Positions 29,401 through 38,627 are shown, counted from the stretch's first letter. The stretch is 64,000 nucleotides of DNA from an uncultured bacterium (GCA_905214465.1 CAJMMD010000001.1:487-64486), one strand, 5' to 3'. The notes: generated by a model not told the origin, from the letters alone. Numbers and translations: made by a program.

Positions 29401-30792
29401 TGCGGCTGCGCATCGTACGCCGTGATCGGCCAGTCTATCGCGGGCTGGGGCGTTATGCCGCCGGACGCCGCGGTGCCCCATGCGGTGCCATGGCCGCAGC
29501 ACACGGGCTTTTTGGCCACCGTCAACGAACAACTGCAGCATATTACTTGGACGCGAGGCGCATCGGCATTTGCAACGCAGCCCGTGGGTGCCGCAGGCTG
29601 TGGCCCGGCATCGTTTAGCGTAAGCAACAACGGCAGGTGCGTGCTCTATGTAGAGAACACCGATGGCAAGGTGGGACAAACCTACGACGAAGAAGGCAAC
29701 CCGGTAGCAGTGATGGGCAAGCACTTCCGCATCTTCGCCAGCACCTTGGCAGGCGATCTGTTCACGGAGCCGTTCGTGATGTGCGAGCTGGACCATCCCG
29801 TCGATCAGATAACGACATTTTTGACGTCGGGAGGCATGCTCTCCGCGCTCGCCACGCACATTGTGAGCGCGGAGAAGAGCGAGGCAGAGCTGCACGGCAT
29901 CGAAGTACCCTTGGTGGCATGTGCCACTCCGACGGGCGCGGTCGCCACCTCGGGCGCAGTGGTGCCCGGAGCAGCAGGCGAATCCTTCATGGTCACGGTG
30001 CGAAACGACGGCAACACCTTGCTGACCGCCGGCACGATCGATCTGTATCGAGAGGGCTTTAGCCAGCCGTTCTCCAGCGCATCCATCGGATTCGGAGTGA
30101 ACGCACGTATGGCATCGATCTACGATCCAGAGCTTGCCGAGGACGCTTCGGCCAACGACATGGCACACGTGAAGTACGCACTCGAGACGCTGGGCGAACA
30201 TTTTGCGACGCACCCGCTGGTAGCCGACAACGGCAACGCCGTGCTGGCACCGGGTTGCACGGCACAGTTCCGCATGAGCTTCGCCATCCCCGAGAGCTGG
30301 AGCGACGAAGTGGGCAAACGCGTAACGCTGTATGCGAAGGCACGTAATCTGGTGGCGCTCGATCCCGTAACGTTCGAGGAAATTCGACCGGGCGCAAACT
30401 CGACGCTGGGCGCCGTACTGCACGAGCTTCATGTGCCCGACGCGGCATGCGAACGCTCAGAAGTTCAGGTCGGCGTATGCGACAGCGCGGATACGACAGG
30501 ACTTCACGACGCCCCGATGACAGCAGACGGCGATGGTGGCTCGAGTGGCGGCGGTACCGATGAGGACGGCGACTCCGGCGGAAGCAGCTCCGGCAGTGGC
30601 AAGGACCACGGCAATAACATGCGCTCCGGAAAAGCGGGCACGCTTGCGGGCACGGGCGATGCCAACGCTCCCCTTACGGCAGCCGCCGCAGCACTCGCCG
30701 CGGCAGGCGCCGGCCTCGTCGCCTACAGCACCCGCCGCACGGCGCTCGAAACCAACACCGCCAATGAGGTCAATTCTGATAAGCGTCGCTAG
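26425..30792 (+). CDS. Giant secreted, cell-wall-anchored protein (~1455 aa) with a Tat-type signal and a C-terminal LAXTG sortase motif
   Basis: The start is MFDRRSLLIAGASSLAGIMLPRVPGSANA (twin-arginine). The C-terminus reads GKAGTLAGTGDANAPLTAAAAALAAAGAGLVAYSTRRTA...KRR: an LAGTG motif, then a hydrophobic stretch, then a basic tail. A Gly/Ser-rich spacer precedes it. Confidence 0.7.
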   Translation: MFDRRSLLIAGASSLAGIMLPRVPGSANAFILPFAPTEAYADEKDPFRVLVLSRTMFGVVVVDVANKNTPIAGAKVTLTSRYAAGKQLTATTDEEGTAIFEVAPLSEGYVDEATLLDAYDFNGGISISMAGYRDVEIPLARVQGGTAITAPTRPLSDGEPYFRQLTFDEWDIQYADATFMAMPADEAANDQPDTHAFTVQAHLPQGGQATLHINKVMPAAGSSPETVTQIGQIKASASGADNLATFTLEDKFLDAASGLLEEGCKLRFALDYQGKTYTLSSPMAVVTAPAAKAESGSTTIIPTTMDQEITPFDFPAAFPGIGGNKFTCWMPTFPILFDFSFAGYVLFGGGYKPASYMNDSGNPDPEYWKKSPRESGAKQANRYLDEMEGKWNQYKSMSAGSGTDPRNTKLLRHHCTPLFTMDIATQLYGSLAYDWVGKTWGNNNDPAYGNIKALFQVRTDLNWTEQFTLGPVPFFLNVNPWVLAKLALAVGAHTHGSGAAFFKNISLDWSNTSGSFTIQIGLAVTFGAGVAGVASSAVRGAASLTLFIGYEKADGHQLPRLRVGADVDVDVILQFVMFKWTTKAWSGSWPTLLDSWNMSANNSDQYVLQRSELALGGDTPYTLNACFGSGGNAEAGGVPQFIASATIVTNAELLARAEVKATAANVAPVVRDWDQAVTRIELEADAESDDTGQIEHFVHALVENDENAAPMYEYTYIGQATNAVADPNANSAGVSEDERGGIKPSSDNVLFSGVLSEAHMKLAMIAGVECLFRIASVCYGDNGRSRLVVHTRANGTWSAPTPVDFPLGFGEGDVERNGIYDYDFDVVEYTDGRGNQDAYVLLVSGERPDGDNTLFDTASTAGILSVVRLRISNDETRVVSHTSWRSISRGRLQEDGYHCLQCPRITVGKTLVDGRLSGAYLHRRGTTAEKALGSEAEVALECFTLWSDVSGDSLTFRQVLRFPQAPSSIELGEPENINGKMVVPVTYETANGCGCASYAVIGQSIAGWGVMPPDAAVPHAVPWPQHTGFLATVNEQLQHITWTRGASAFATQPVGAAGCGPASFSVSNNGRCVLYVENTDGKVGQTYDEEGNPVAVMGKHFRIFASTLAGDLFTEPFVMCELDHPVDQITTFLTSGGMLSALATHIVSAEKSEAELHGIEVPLVACATPTGAVATSGAVVPGAAGESFMVTVRNDGNTLLTAGTIDLYREGFSQPFSSASIGFGVNARMASIYDPELAEDASANDMAHVKYALETLGEHFATHPLVADNGNAVLAPGCTAQFRMSFAIPESWSDEVGKRVTLYAKARNLVALDPVTFEEIRPGANSTLGAVLHELHVPDAACERSEVQVGVCDSADTTGLHDAPMTADGDGGSSGGGTDEDGDSGGSSSGSGKDHGNNMRSGKAGTLAGTGDANAPLTAAAAALAAAGAGLVAYSTRRTALETNTANEVNSDKRR

Positions 30793-30842
30793 CTTCTAGT
30801 TACTTTTGTGAGAGACGCCGACCCGGCTCATCGAATATCAAA

Positions 30843-30876
30843 ATGGGCTGGTTCTGGATACCCAGAGCCGGCCCAT
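30843..30876. terminator. Bidirectional terminator hairpin between convergent genes
   Basis: atgggctggttctgg...ccagagccggcccat, an imperfect 13-bp stem. Confidence 0.45.
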
Positions 30877-30882
30877 TACGCA

Positions 30883-31467
30883 TTAAATGTCGTCTGAGGA
30901 GTCGAGTTCAGCCTCGAGCTTGGCGCGACGTCTTTTCGCCGTGAAAAACGTTGCGCACAGGACGGCAAACGTGGCCGCGAAAATCGTCGCTCCGCAGAAC
31001 ACGCCCGTGGCCAGGTTCGCCAACCAAAAGACGTTTTCGAGCGGCACGATCTGCGCCTCAGCGATACAGCGCATTGCGGCAATAACAAGCGCGAACGCGG
31101 CGCCGCTAAGACCGCTGACAAGCAGGAAATATCCAACAGGAAGATGCTCGGTTTGCCCAAAACGATTGGTATCGACATAGCCCTTCCGCGTTTGCAGTCC
31201 TGCGCAAATCAACATCACGAGAACGAGCCACAAATACATGGCTGCCTCGAACGGCGTTGCAAAGCCATGCGGCATTTCACTGGCATCGCTGTGAACCCAC
31301 GCAACCTGTCGAGCTATAAACTGGTAGAAAAAGATCATCAACATGCCAAACGAAAGCAGCACGAAACCAATCTTGTAGATCTTCGCGCTCTCAGCCTCCA
31401 GGCGTTCATCCTTTGGGCCGGCATATTCACGCCACTTTTGCACGAGTTTTAAATCTTCAAATTTCAT
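30883..31467 (-). CDS. Membrane protein (DUF2178-like, four TM helices) co-transcribed with the small XRE regulator
   Basis: 194 aa. Hydrophobic helices; the HTH-plus-membrane-protein pairing is typical. Confidence 0.6.
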   Translation of the reverse strand: MKFEDLKLVQKWREYAGPKDERLEAESAKIYKIGFVLLSFGMLMIFFYQFIARQVAWVHSDASEMPHGFATPFEAAMYLWLVLVMLICAGLQTRKGYVDTNRFGQTEHLPVGYFLLVSGLSGAAFALVIAAMRCIAEAQIVPLENVFWLANLATGVFCGATIFAATFAVLCATFFTAKRRRAKLEAELDSSDDI

Positions 31468-31476
31468 AGCGAACTC

Positions 31477-31707
31477 CTAAAGAGCGTCAGGGTCGACGTC
31501 GTTTTCGTCTTCCCAAAATAAGTCGTTCAACGTAACCCGCAGCGCTCTGCAGATTGCCACGCACAAGTTGAGCGTGGGATTGTAGCCGCCCGCCTCGATC
31601 AGACCGATGGTTTGACGCGTAACGCCCACGGCTTTGGCCAAGTCGGCCTGCGAAAGGCCAGCCGCCGCGCGCGCCGCCTTCATGCGTAGGTTCTTTTTGC
31701 CCGGCAT
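31477..31707 (-). CDS. XRE-family helix-turn-helix transcriptional regulator (76 aa)
   Basis: MPGKKNLRMKAARAAAGLSQADLAKAVGVTRQTIGLIEAGGYNPTLNLCVAICRAL. The start is taken at MPGKK. Confidence 0.7.
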   Translation of the reverse strand: MPGKKNLRMKAARAAAGLSQADLAKAVGVTRQTIGLIEAGGYNPTLNLCVAICRALRVTLNDLFWEDENDVDPDAL

Positions 31708-31857
31708 GGAGTTCCTTTCGTAAATGTGGACAGATATCCGTTGCAACATGACAGAAATATATTGCATCCTTCACAAGATGTCAACTATATCTGTCATTAT
31801 GGAAACCATGTTCGCCATCGCCATGTGGACATAACAATCTCGATTCGCTATTCAAAC

Positions 31858-31892
31858 TTACTCGGACAGAACCGACTCGGTTTTGTCCGAGT
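31858..31892. promoter_or_regulatory. 35-bp nested palindrome upstream of the XRE/membrane-protein operon (candidate operator)
   Basis: tactcggacag-aaccgactcggtt-ttgtccgagta: outer 10-bp arms and an inner palindromic core, ~150 bp upstream of the XRE start in an AT-rich region. Confidence 0.35.
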
Positions 31893-32158
31893 AAACGTGA
31901 TTGATAGTCGATCGCTGTGCCCGCTCGTGCAATCAGCATCATTCGATTTTGTTTAGTAAAACTAGGTCCCTATTAAATAAAATTCGTTTGTATCCAAATT
32001 TGTTTAACAATGCCGCGTTACCACTAAACACTATACCCGTTAATCCGAACGATTGTTCGATGGATTTCGTGTTGGGTGGAATCGTCTGTGGGCTGGGCTA
32101 TGCTACCTTGACTATCTATATGACTTAAACGCAGCAAAGGAGCACCGAGAGAGCGAGT

Positions 32159-34156
32159 ATGGCAAAAAACACCGCAAACTATGGTAACGACAGTATTCGT
32201 CAGCTCAAGGACGAGGAGCGCGTACGCCTGCGCCCCGCCGTCATCTTTGGCTCGGACGGGCTCGACGGCTGCGCGCATGCCGCCTTCGAGATCCTGTCCA
32301 ACGCCGTTGACGAGGCGCGCCAGGGCTACGGCAAGCTCATCATCCTTACCGCCTTTCGCGATGGCTCCATTCAGGTAGAGGACAACGGCCGCGGCTGCCC
32401 ACTCGACTGGAACCCTTCTGAGAAGCGCTTTAACTGGGAGCTCGTCTTTTGCGAGCTCTACGCCGGCGGCAAGTACAACAACAACCAGGGCGGCGACTAC
32501 GACTTCTCGCTCGGCACCAACGGCCTGGGCTCGTGCGCGACCCAGTACGCTTCCGAGTACATGGACGTCACCGTTTGGCGCGACGGTAACAAGTACTCTC
32601 TGCACTTTAAGAAAGGCAAGGTCGTCGGCGCCAAAAAGAAGGCGCTCGAGATCGAGCCCAGCGACGAGGACCGCACCGGTACCACCATCAAGTGGCGCCC
32701 CGATCTTGAGGTCTTTACCTCGATCAGCATTCCCCACGACTGGTATCGCGAGACCATGCGCCGCCAGGCCGTGGTTAACGCCAACGTGACCTTCCGCCTG
32801 CGCATCGAGGGCGACGACGGCGAGTTTTCCGAAGAGGATTTTTGCTACCCCAAGGGTATCGAGGACTACGTGCTCGAGAAGGTCGGTGCCGACTACCTCA
32901 CCGAGCCCTTCTTTATCGAGGCCGACCGTCGCGGTCGCGACCGCGAAGACCTGCCCGACTACAACGTAAAGATCACCGCGTGCATGTGCTTCTCGCGCAC
33001 CTTCATGATGCAGGAGTACTACCACAACTCGTCATGGCTCGAGAACGGCGGCTCGCCCGAGAAGGCGGCCCGCAGTGCTCTGACCAGCGCCATCGATGCT
33101 TACATTAAGCAACAGGGCAAGTACAACAAAAACGAGAGCGGTATCAAATGGCAGGACGTCCAGGACTGCCTGGTGCTGGTGACCAACTGCTTCTCCACCC
33201 AGACGTCCTACGAAAACCAGACTAAGAAGGCCATCAACAACCGCTTTATCCAGCAGGCCATGACGGCATTCTTTAAGGAGCGCCTTTCGACCTACCTGAT
33301 CGAGAACAAAGACGCCGCCAATAAGATCATGGAGCAGGTGCTCATCAACAAGCGCTCGCGCGAGAATGCCGAGAAGACCCGCCAGAGCATCAAGACCAAC
33401 CTGCAGCAGAAGACCGACATGGCCAACCGCGTGCAAAAGTTTATCGATTGCCGCTCCAAGGACAAGAGCCGCCGCGAGATCTACATCGTAGAGGGCGACT
33501 CGGCAGCAGGCGCCATCCGCACGTCGCGCGATGCCGAGTTCCAGGGTGTTATGCCCGTCCGCGGCAAGATCCTCAATTGCCTGAAGGAGGACTATCCGCG
33601 CATCTTTAAGTCCGACATCATCATGGACCTTATGCGCGTGCTGGGCTGCGGCGTGGAGATCAAGGACAAGCGCATCAAGAACCTTGGTGCCTTTGACCTG
33701 GACAACCTCAACTGGAACAAGGTCATCATCTGTACGGACGCCGACGTCGACGGCTACCACATCCGCACGCTCGTGCTCACCATGCTCTACCGCCTGGTGC
33801 CCACACTTATCGACGAGGGCTACGTGTATATCGCCGAGTCGCCGCTCTACGAGATCAACTGCAAAGAGAAGACCTACTTTGCCTACACCGAGCTCGAGAA
33901 GAACGGCATCCTCAAGGAGATCGGCGACCAGAAGTGCTCCATCAACCGCTCCAAGGGTCTTGGTGAGAACGATCCGGACATGATGTGGCTCACCACCATG
34001 AACCCCGAGACGCGCCGTCTGATCAAGGTGGAGCCCGAGGACGTCACCAAGATGGAAACCATGTTCAACCTGTTGCTGGGCAACGACGAGGCGGGCCGCA
34101 AGCGCCATATCTCCGAGCACGGCAAGGAATACCTGGACCAGCTGGACCTGCAATAG
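32159..34156 (+). CDS. Type IIA DNA topoisomerase subunit B (GyrB/ParE-like, short form)
   Basis: 665 aa with a GHKL ATPase N-terminus and a TOPRIM C-terminus (YIVEGDSAAG, GKILN, PLRGKILN-like). Confidence 0.9.
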   Translation: MAKNTANYGNDSIRQLKDEERVRLRPAVIFGSDGLDGCAHAAFEILSNAVDEARQGYGKLIILTAFRDGSIQVEDNGRGCPLDWNPSEKRFNWELVFCELYAGGKYNNNQGGDYDFSLGTNGLGSCATQYASEYMDVTVWRDGNKYSLHFKKGKVVGAKKKALEIEPSDEDRTGTTIKWRPDLEVFTSISIPHDWYRETMRRQAVVNANVTFRLRIEGDDGEFSEEDFCYPKGIEDYVLEKVGADYLTEPFFIEADRRGRDREDLPDYNVKITACMCFSRTFMMQEYYHNSSWLENGGSPEKAARSALTSAIDAYIKQQGKYNKNESGIKWQDVQDCLVLVTNCFSTQTSYENQTKKAINNRFIQQAMTAFFKERLSTYLIENKDAANKIMEQVLINKRSRENAEKTRQSIKTNLQQKTDMANRVQKFIDCRSKDKSRREIYIVEGDSAAGAIRTSRDAEFQGVMPVRGKILNCLKEDYPRIFKSDIIMDLMRVLGCGVEIKDKRIKNLGAFDLDNLNWNKVIICTDADVDGYHIRTLVLTMLYRLVPTLIDEGYVYIAESPLYEINCKEKTYFAYTELEKNGILKEIGDQKCSINRSKGLGENDPDMMWLTTMNPETRRLIKVEPEDVTKMETMFNLLLGNDEAGRKRHISEHGKEYLDQLDLQ

Positions 34157-34201
34157 CAGCAAATCGATAACGACGGCCCATAAGAAGTTCAAGAGGAAAT
34201 C

Positions 34202-36442
34202 GTGGCAAAGAAGAAGACAAAGAACCAGCCAAAGAAAAAGCAGGTCAACGCCGAGAACGTCATCGGCCTGCACTCTGAGGTCACCGACCAGCCGATTACG
34301 CAGACGCTCGAGGTCAACTACATGCCCTACGCCATGAGCGTCAACGTCTCGCGTGCGTTCCCCGAGATCGACGGCTTTAAGCCCTCGCACCGCAAGCTGC
34401 TCTACACCATGTACAAGATGGGCTTGCTCAAGGGCGAGCGCCAGAAGAGCGCCAACATCGTCGGCCAGACCATGAAGCTCAACCCGCACGGCGATGCCGC
34501 CATCTACGAGACGATGGTGCGTCTGGCAACCGGCAACGAAGCGCTGCTCGCCCCCTTCGTGGAGTCGAAGGGCAACTTTGGCAAATACTATTCGGGCGAC
34601 CTGAGCTACGCCGCCTCGCGTTACACCGAGGCAAAGCTCTCCCCCATCAGCGCCGAAATCTTCAAGGACATCGACAAGGACCCGGTCGACTTCGTTGACA
34701 GCTACGACGGCGCCATGAAGGAGCCGCGCCTGCTGCCCACCACGTTCCCCAACATCCTCGTCTCGGCCAACAAGGGCATCGGCGTCGCCATGGCGTCCGA
34801 CATCTGCGGCTTCAACCTCAACGAGGTCTGTACCGCCACGATGCACTACCTGCAGGATCCCGACTGCGACCTGCTCGAGTACATGCCTATGCCCGACTTC
34901 TCGACCGGCGGCGAGATCATCTACCGCCGCGAGGAGATGGAGAAGATCATCGAGACCGGCCTTGGCAGCTTCCAGATCCGCTCCCGCTGGCGCTGGATTC
35001 CCGAAGAGCGCATCATCGAGGTCTACGAGATCCCCTACACCACCAAGACCGATGTCATCATCGAGCGCATCGTCAAGCTCTCCAAAGAAGGCAAGGTCAA
35101 AGAGATCGCAGACATTCGCGACGAGACCGACCTTTCGGGTCTGCGCATCGCTATCGACCTTAAGCGCGGTGTCGACCCCGACAAGCTCATGGCCAAGCTC
35201 TATCGCTCGACCACGCTGCAGGATTCGTTCTCGTGCAACTTCAACGTGCTCGTCGACGGCTATCCCCGAGTTATGGGCGTGCGCCAGATCCTGCACGAGT
35301 GGGTCAAGTGGCGTATTGAGTCCACGCGTCGCCGCATTAACTTTGACCTGGGCAAAAAGTCCGAGCGTCTGCACCTGCTGCACGGCCTTGAGGCAATTCT
35401 GCTCGACATCGACAAGGCCATCGCCATCATCCGCGGCACTAAGCTCGAGGCAGAGGTTGTACCCAACCTTATGAAGGGTTTCGACATCGACGAGACCCAG
35501 GCAGAGTTTGTTGCCGAGCTCAAGCTCCGCAACATCAACGAGGAGTACATCCTCAACCGCACCAAGGACATTGCAAAGCTCGAGGGTGAGATCGCCGAAC
35601 TCGAGGAGATCCTCTCGAGCGAGGACAACATCAAGAAGGTCATCAGCGACGAGCTGGCCGCGGTCAACAAAAAGTACGTGATGCCGCGCCGCACGGGCAG
35701 AATCGAGCCCCATGAGGTCATCGAGGTAAGCCTGGAGCCCGAGGTCGAGGAGTACCCGGTCACCATCATGCTCTCGCGCGACGGCTACCTTAAGAAGATG
35801 ACGGACCGCGTGCTCAAGAAGGCGACCACGCTCAAGTACAAGGACGGCGACAAACCCTTTATCGAGTTCCCGTCCTCCAACACGCACGAGCTGCTGGTCT
35901 TTACCAACAAGAGCCAGGTGTACAAGTGCAAGGTCGCGGCGTTTGAGGATACCAAGTCGGCCCAGCTGGGCTCGTACCTTCCGACCGATCTCGAGATGGA
36001 ACCCGACGAGAGCGTCATCTGGGTCATCGACCCCGAGGACTACAAGGCCGACGTGCTGTTCGTCTTTGAGAACGGCCGCGTGGTGCGTGTCGCGCTTTCT
36101 GGATACGCTACCAAGACCAACCGCAAGCGCCTTAAGAACGCCATCTACGGCGGCAGCAAGCTGCTGTATGCGCAGGTGCTCAAGGAGGACCGCGACCTCG
36201 CGCTGGTCTCGAGCGACTACCGCCTGATGAACTTCAACACGTCGCTGCTCAAGACCAAGACGACCACCAACACGCAGGGCGTCCAGGCCTTTACGGCCAA
36301 GAAGGGCCGCTCGGTCACCACCGTCGGCACGACCGAGGAAATCCTTGGCGCCGGCGTCTCGGCCGAGAAGTTCACCGCGCAGAGCCTGCCCTCCGCCGGC
36401 GCCCTCATGAAGGAAAATGACATGCCGAGTTTGTTTGACTAG
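34202..36442 (+). CDS. Type IIA DNA topoisomerase subunit A (GyrA/ParC-like, short form)
   Basis: 746 aa. Catalytic-Tyr motif AASRYTEAKLS. Lys-rich N-terminal tail MAKKKTKNQPKKKQ. The C-terminal beta-pinwheel is shortened; no obvious GyrA box. Confidence 0.9.
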   Translation: MAKKKTKNQPKKKQVNAENVIGLHSEVTDQPITQTLEVNYMPYAMSVNVSRAFPEIDGFKPSHRKLLYTMYKMGLLKGERQKSANIVGQTMKLNPHGDAAIYETMVRLATGNEALLAPFVESKGNFGKYYSGDLSYAASRYTEAKLSPISAEIFKDIDKDPVDFVDSYDGAMKEPRLLPTTFPNILVSANKGIGVAMASDICGFNLNEVCTATMHYLQDPDCDLLEYMPMPDFSTGGEIIYRREEMEKIIETGLGSFQIRSRWRWIPEERIIEVYEIPYTTKTDVIIERIVKLSKEGKVKEIADIRDETDLSGLRIAIDLKRGVDPDKLMAKLYRSTTLQDSFSCNFNVLVDGYPRVMGVRQILHEWVKWRIESTRRRINFDLGKKSERLHLLHGLEAILLDIDKAIAIIRGTKLEAEVVPNLMKGFDIDETQAEFVAELKLRNINEEYILNRTKDIAKLEGEIAELEEILSSEDNIKKVISDELAAVNKKYVMPRRTGRIEPHEVIEVSLEPEVEEYPVTIMLSRDGYLKKMTDRVLKKATTLKYKDGDKPFIEFPSSNTHELLVFTNKSQVYKCKVAAFEDTKSAQLGSYLPTDLEMEPDESVIWVIDPEDYKADVLFVFENGRVVRVALSGYATKTNRKRLKNAIYGGSKLLYAQVLKEDRDLALVSSDYRLMNFNTSLLKTKTTTNTQGVQAFTAKKGRSVTTVGTTEEILGAGVSAEKFTAQSLPSAGALMKENDMPSLFD

Positions 36443-36478
36443 GTACCACGGCAACGAGATCGTTAGATACTTCGCAAA

Positions 36479-36531
36479 GCGACGAGGCCCGGAACGCAAC
36501 GGCATTGCGCCCGGGACTCGTCGTTTTTCTT
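36479..36531 (+). terminator. Rho-independent terminator after the topoisomerase operon
   Basis: gcgacgagGCCCGG...CCCGGGactcgtcg followed by tttttcttc. Confidence 0.6.
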
Positions 36532-36625
36532 CTCAACTATTTTTTAACGCAGATAAATTGATTTCTGCTTATTTTTCTGCGTAAAAAATGTCAGCGTCAC
36601 TACTTCGATGCCCTTTGGTCAGTCG

Positions 36626-36682
36626 TTAGCAAAACTTGCAAAAGTTAGCAAAACTTGCAAAAATTAGCAAAACCTGCAAAGG
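36626..36682. repeat. Three tandem 19-bp direct repeats (TTAGCAAAACYTGCAAARR) immediately upstream of the ATPase gene start
   Basis: ttagcaaaacttgcaaaag / ttagcaaaacttgcaaaaa / ttagcaaaacctgcaaagg, ending 8 nt before the ATG. Candidate iteron/operator array. Confidence 0.55.
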
Positions 36683-36689
36683 AGCTACC

Positions 36690-37784
36690 ATGGAGTACAG
36701 CAAGAACCCCTTTACCCCAACATTTGGAAGCGTCCCTCCCTTTCTAGCGGGTCGCGAGCATATCCTGCGCGACATCAACCGTGGCTTTATCAACGGCCCA
36801 GGAGATCCCAACCTGTCGACCATTTTTACTGGCGCAAGGGGAACGGGCAAGACGGCACTTCTCTCGCTCCTTTCAGAAACAGCGCTTGAACACGACTGGA
36901 TCGCAGCAAATGTCTCCGCCATGCCAGGCATGCTCGAAGATATTATCGAGCGAACCAAAGAAGCCGCAGATAGCTACCTCTCACAGCCTCACGCGCGCAT
37001 AAACGGTGTTCAAATTGGCCCAGTGGGCATCGATTGGACATACGCTCAAGAGGCTCAGGGCAACTGGCGCACGCGCATGAATGGCATCTTTAAGCAACTC
37101 GAAAAACATGACATCGGACTTCTCATCACCATCGATGAAGTCACCGTCGATCTCGAAGAAATGCTTCAATTTGCCTCTGTTTACCAGCACTTTGTACGCG
37201 AAGGTAAAAAAGTTGCCCTACTCATGGCAGGACTGCCCTACAAAGTATCGGCGTTGCTACGTAACGATTCCGTCTCGTTCCTCAGACGCTCCCAGTATCA
37301 TCAGCTGGGACGAATCACTGATGTTGAGATTGCAAATGCATTTCGTAAAACCATTGAAGCAGGAGGACGCTCAATCACGCCAGAAGCGCTCGAGGATGCC
37401 GTGAAGGCCGTCGACGGATTTCCCTACATGATGCAGCTCGTCGGATACCGCACTTGGGATGTTTCGGAAAACTCGCCCCAAATCAGTACATCCGATGTCC
37501 AGCAGGGTTCTCTGCTTGCCCGTATGGAGCTGCGCGATCGTATTCTCGAAACGACCTATCAGGAGCTTTCCGATAAAGACATTGAGTTTTTGCTCGCGAT
37601 GCTGCCCGATTCTGGCCCCAGCAGGGTCTCGGAGATAGCCAAACGCATGGGCGTCGCCAGCAACTACGCAAGCCAATACAAACGCCGCCTCCTCGAGGAC
37701 GGCGTTATCGGGGAACGTGGACGTGGCCTCGTCGGCTTCGACATCCCCGCGTTCAGGGAATTCTTGAACGAGAAGGCGTTTTAG
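36690..37784 (+). CDS. AAA-type ATPase (archaeal-ATPase/ORC-like family) with a C-terminal winged-helix domain
   Basis: The start is MEYSKNPFTPTFGSVPPFLAGRE. Walker A GARGTGKT, Walker B LLITIDEV, and a C-terminal wH region (SRVSEIAKRMGVASNYASQYKRRLLEDGVI). Confidence 0.7.
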   Translation: MEYSKNPFTPTFGSVPPFLAGREHILRDINRGFINGPGDPNLSTIFTGARGTGKTALLSLLSETALEHDWIAANVSAMPGMLEDIIERTKEAADSYLSQPHARINGVQIGPVGIDWTYAQEAQGNWRTRMNGIFKQLEKHDIGLLITIDEVTVDLEEMLQFASVYQHFVREGKKVALLMAGLPYKVSALLRNDSVSFLRRSQYHQLGRITDVEIANAFRKTIEAGGRSITPEALEDAVKAVDGFPYMMQLVGYRTWDVSENSPQISTSDVQQGSLLARMELRDRILETTYQELSDKDIEFLLAMLPDSGPSRVSEIAKRMGVASNYASQYKRRLLEDGVIGERGRGLVGFDIPAFREFLNEKAF

Positions 37785-37814
37785 CACACCGGAATTGTCC
37801 GCGGGAGCATCGTT

Positions 37815-37880
37815 GCATGGCAATCAGCAATCCTCTTGGTAAGGGCAGCAAGCATTTCCGCTTGTGCTGATTGCCATGCG
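37815..37880. terminator. Bidirectional terminator hairpin (14-bp perfect stem, long loop) between convergent genes
   Basis: catggcaatcagca...tgctgattgccatg. Confidence 0.45.
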
Positions 37881-37892
37881 CTCCTCTTGTCC

Positions 37893-38423
37893 TTAGGCGA
37901 GCTTGCGGGCGAGCTCGCGCACCTCTTCCAACTTAGGCGAGGAGGCCATGCTGTCGCGCTCGGTCATGCCGCTAATGGTGACAATGCCCTGGTCCTCCCA
38001 CTTGCAGTACGCGCAGGTTGACTTGTACATGGCAATCGCCGCATCATAGACACCCTCGCTGTGGCTATCGAGCAAAAGGGCCGTCTTGGTGAACGGGAAA
38101 CCCGTGGCACCGAAGGCGTACAGGCGGTCGATGGCGGTCTTTTCCTGCGCAGTGATGTCAAACCAGTAGATAGGCGAAGCGAAGACAACCATGTCGGTGT
38201 CTTTCAGCGACTCAATCACGTTGGCCATGTCATCCTTTTGCACGCAGACGCCCTCATGGGCGAAGCAGTACTGGCATCCCAAGCAGCCGGCGATCTTCTT
38301 GCTGGCAACGCGGATGACCTCGACCGTATGGCCGCCCTCACGCGCGGTCTCGGCAAACGCCTCGACCATGGTATCGGTATTGGCGCCCTTACGCGGGCTG
38401 CCGCTCAATACAACGATATTCAT
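37893..38423 (-). CDS. Flavodoxin-like fold NAD(P)H-dependent FMN reductase / iron-sulfur flavoprotein-like
   Basis: 176 aa. MNIVVLSGSPRKGANT and a Cys cluster CLGCQYC. Confidence 0.75.
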   Translation of the reverse strand: MNIVVLSGSPRKGANTDTMVEAFAETAREGGHTVEVIRVASKKIAGCLGCQYCFAHEGVCVQKDDMANVIESLKDTDMVVFASPIYWFDITAQEKTAIDRLYAFGATGFPFTKTALLLDSHSEGVYDAAIAMYKSTCAYCKWEDQGIVTISGMTERDSMASSPKLEEVRELARKLA

Positions 38424-38627
38424 AGGATTCCCTCTCCTTCATGCTGCAGGCGCGCAGCATTTTTTCTTGTAACCAAAACAAATGGGGTTAATCAATCGCC
38501 AGCAGGCCATATCTCTTGCTCAAGTTCCCTAAAGAAGCTCAAGGCGATTGCGATTGCCTTATACAACATCGAAAACCAAAGAGGGGCCATAGCAACGTCG
38601 CCTGCCTGAAATGGCACGCTGTCAAGA

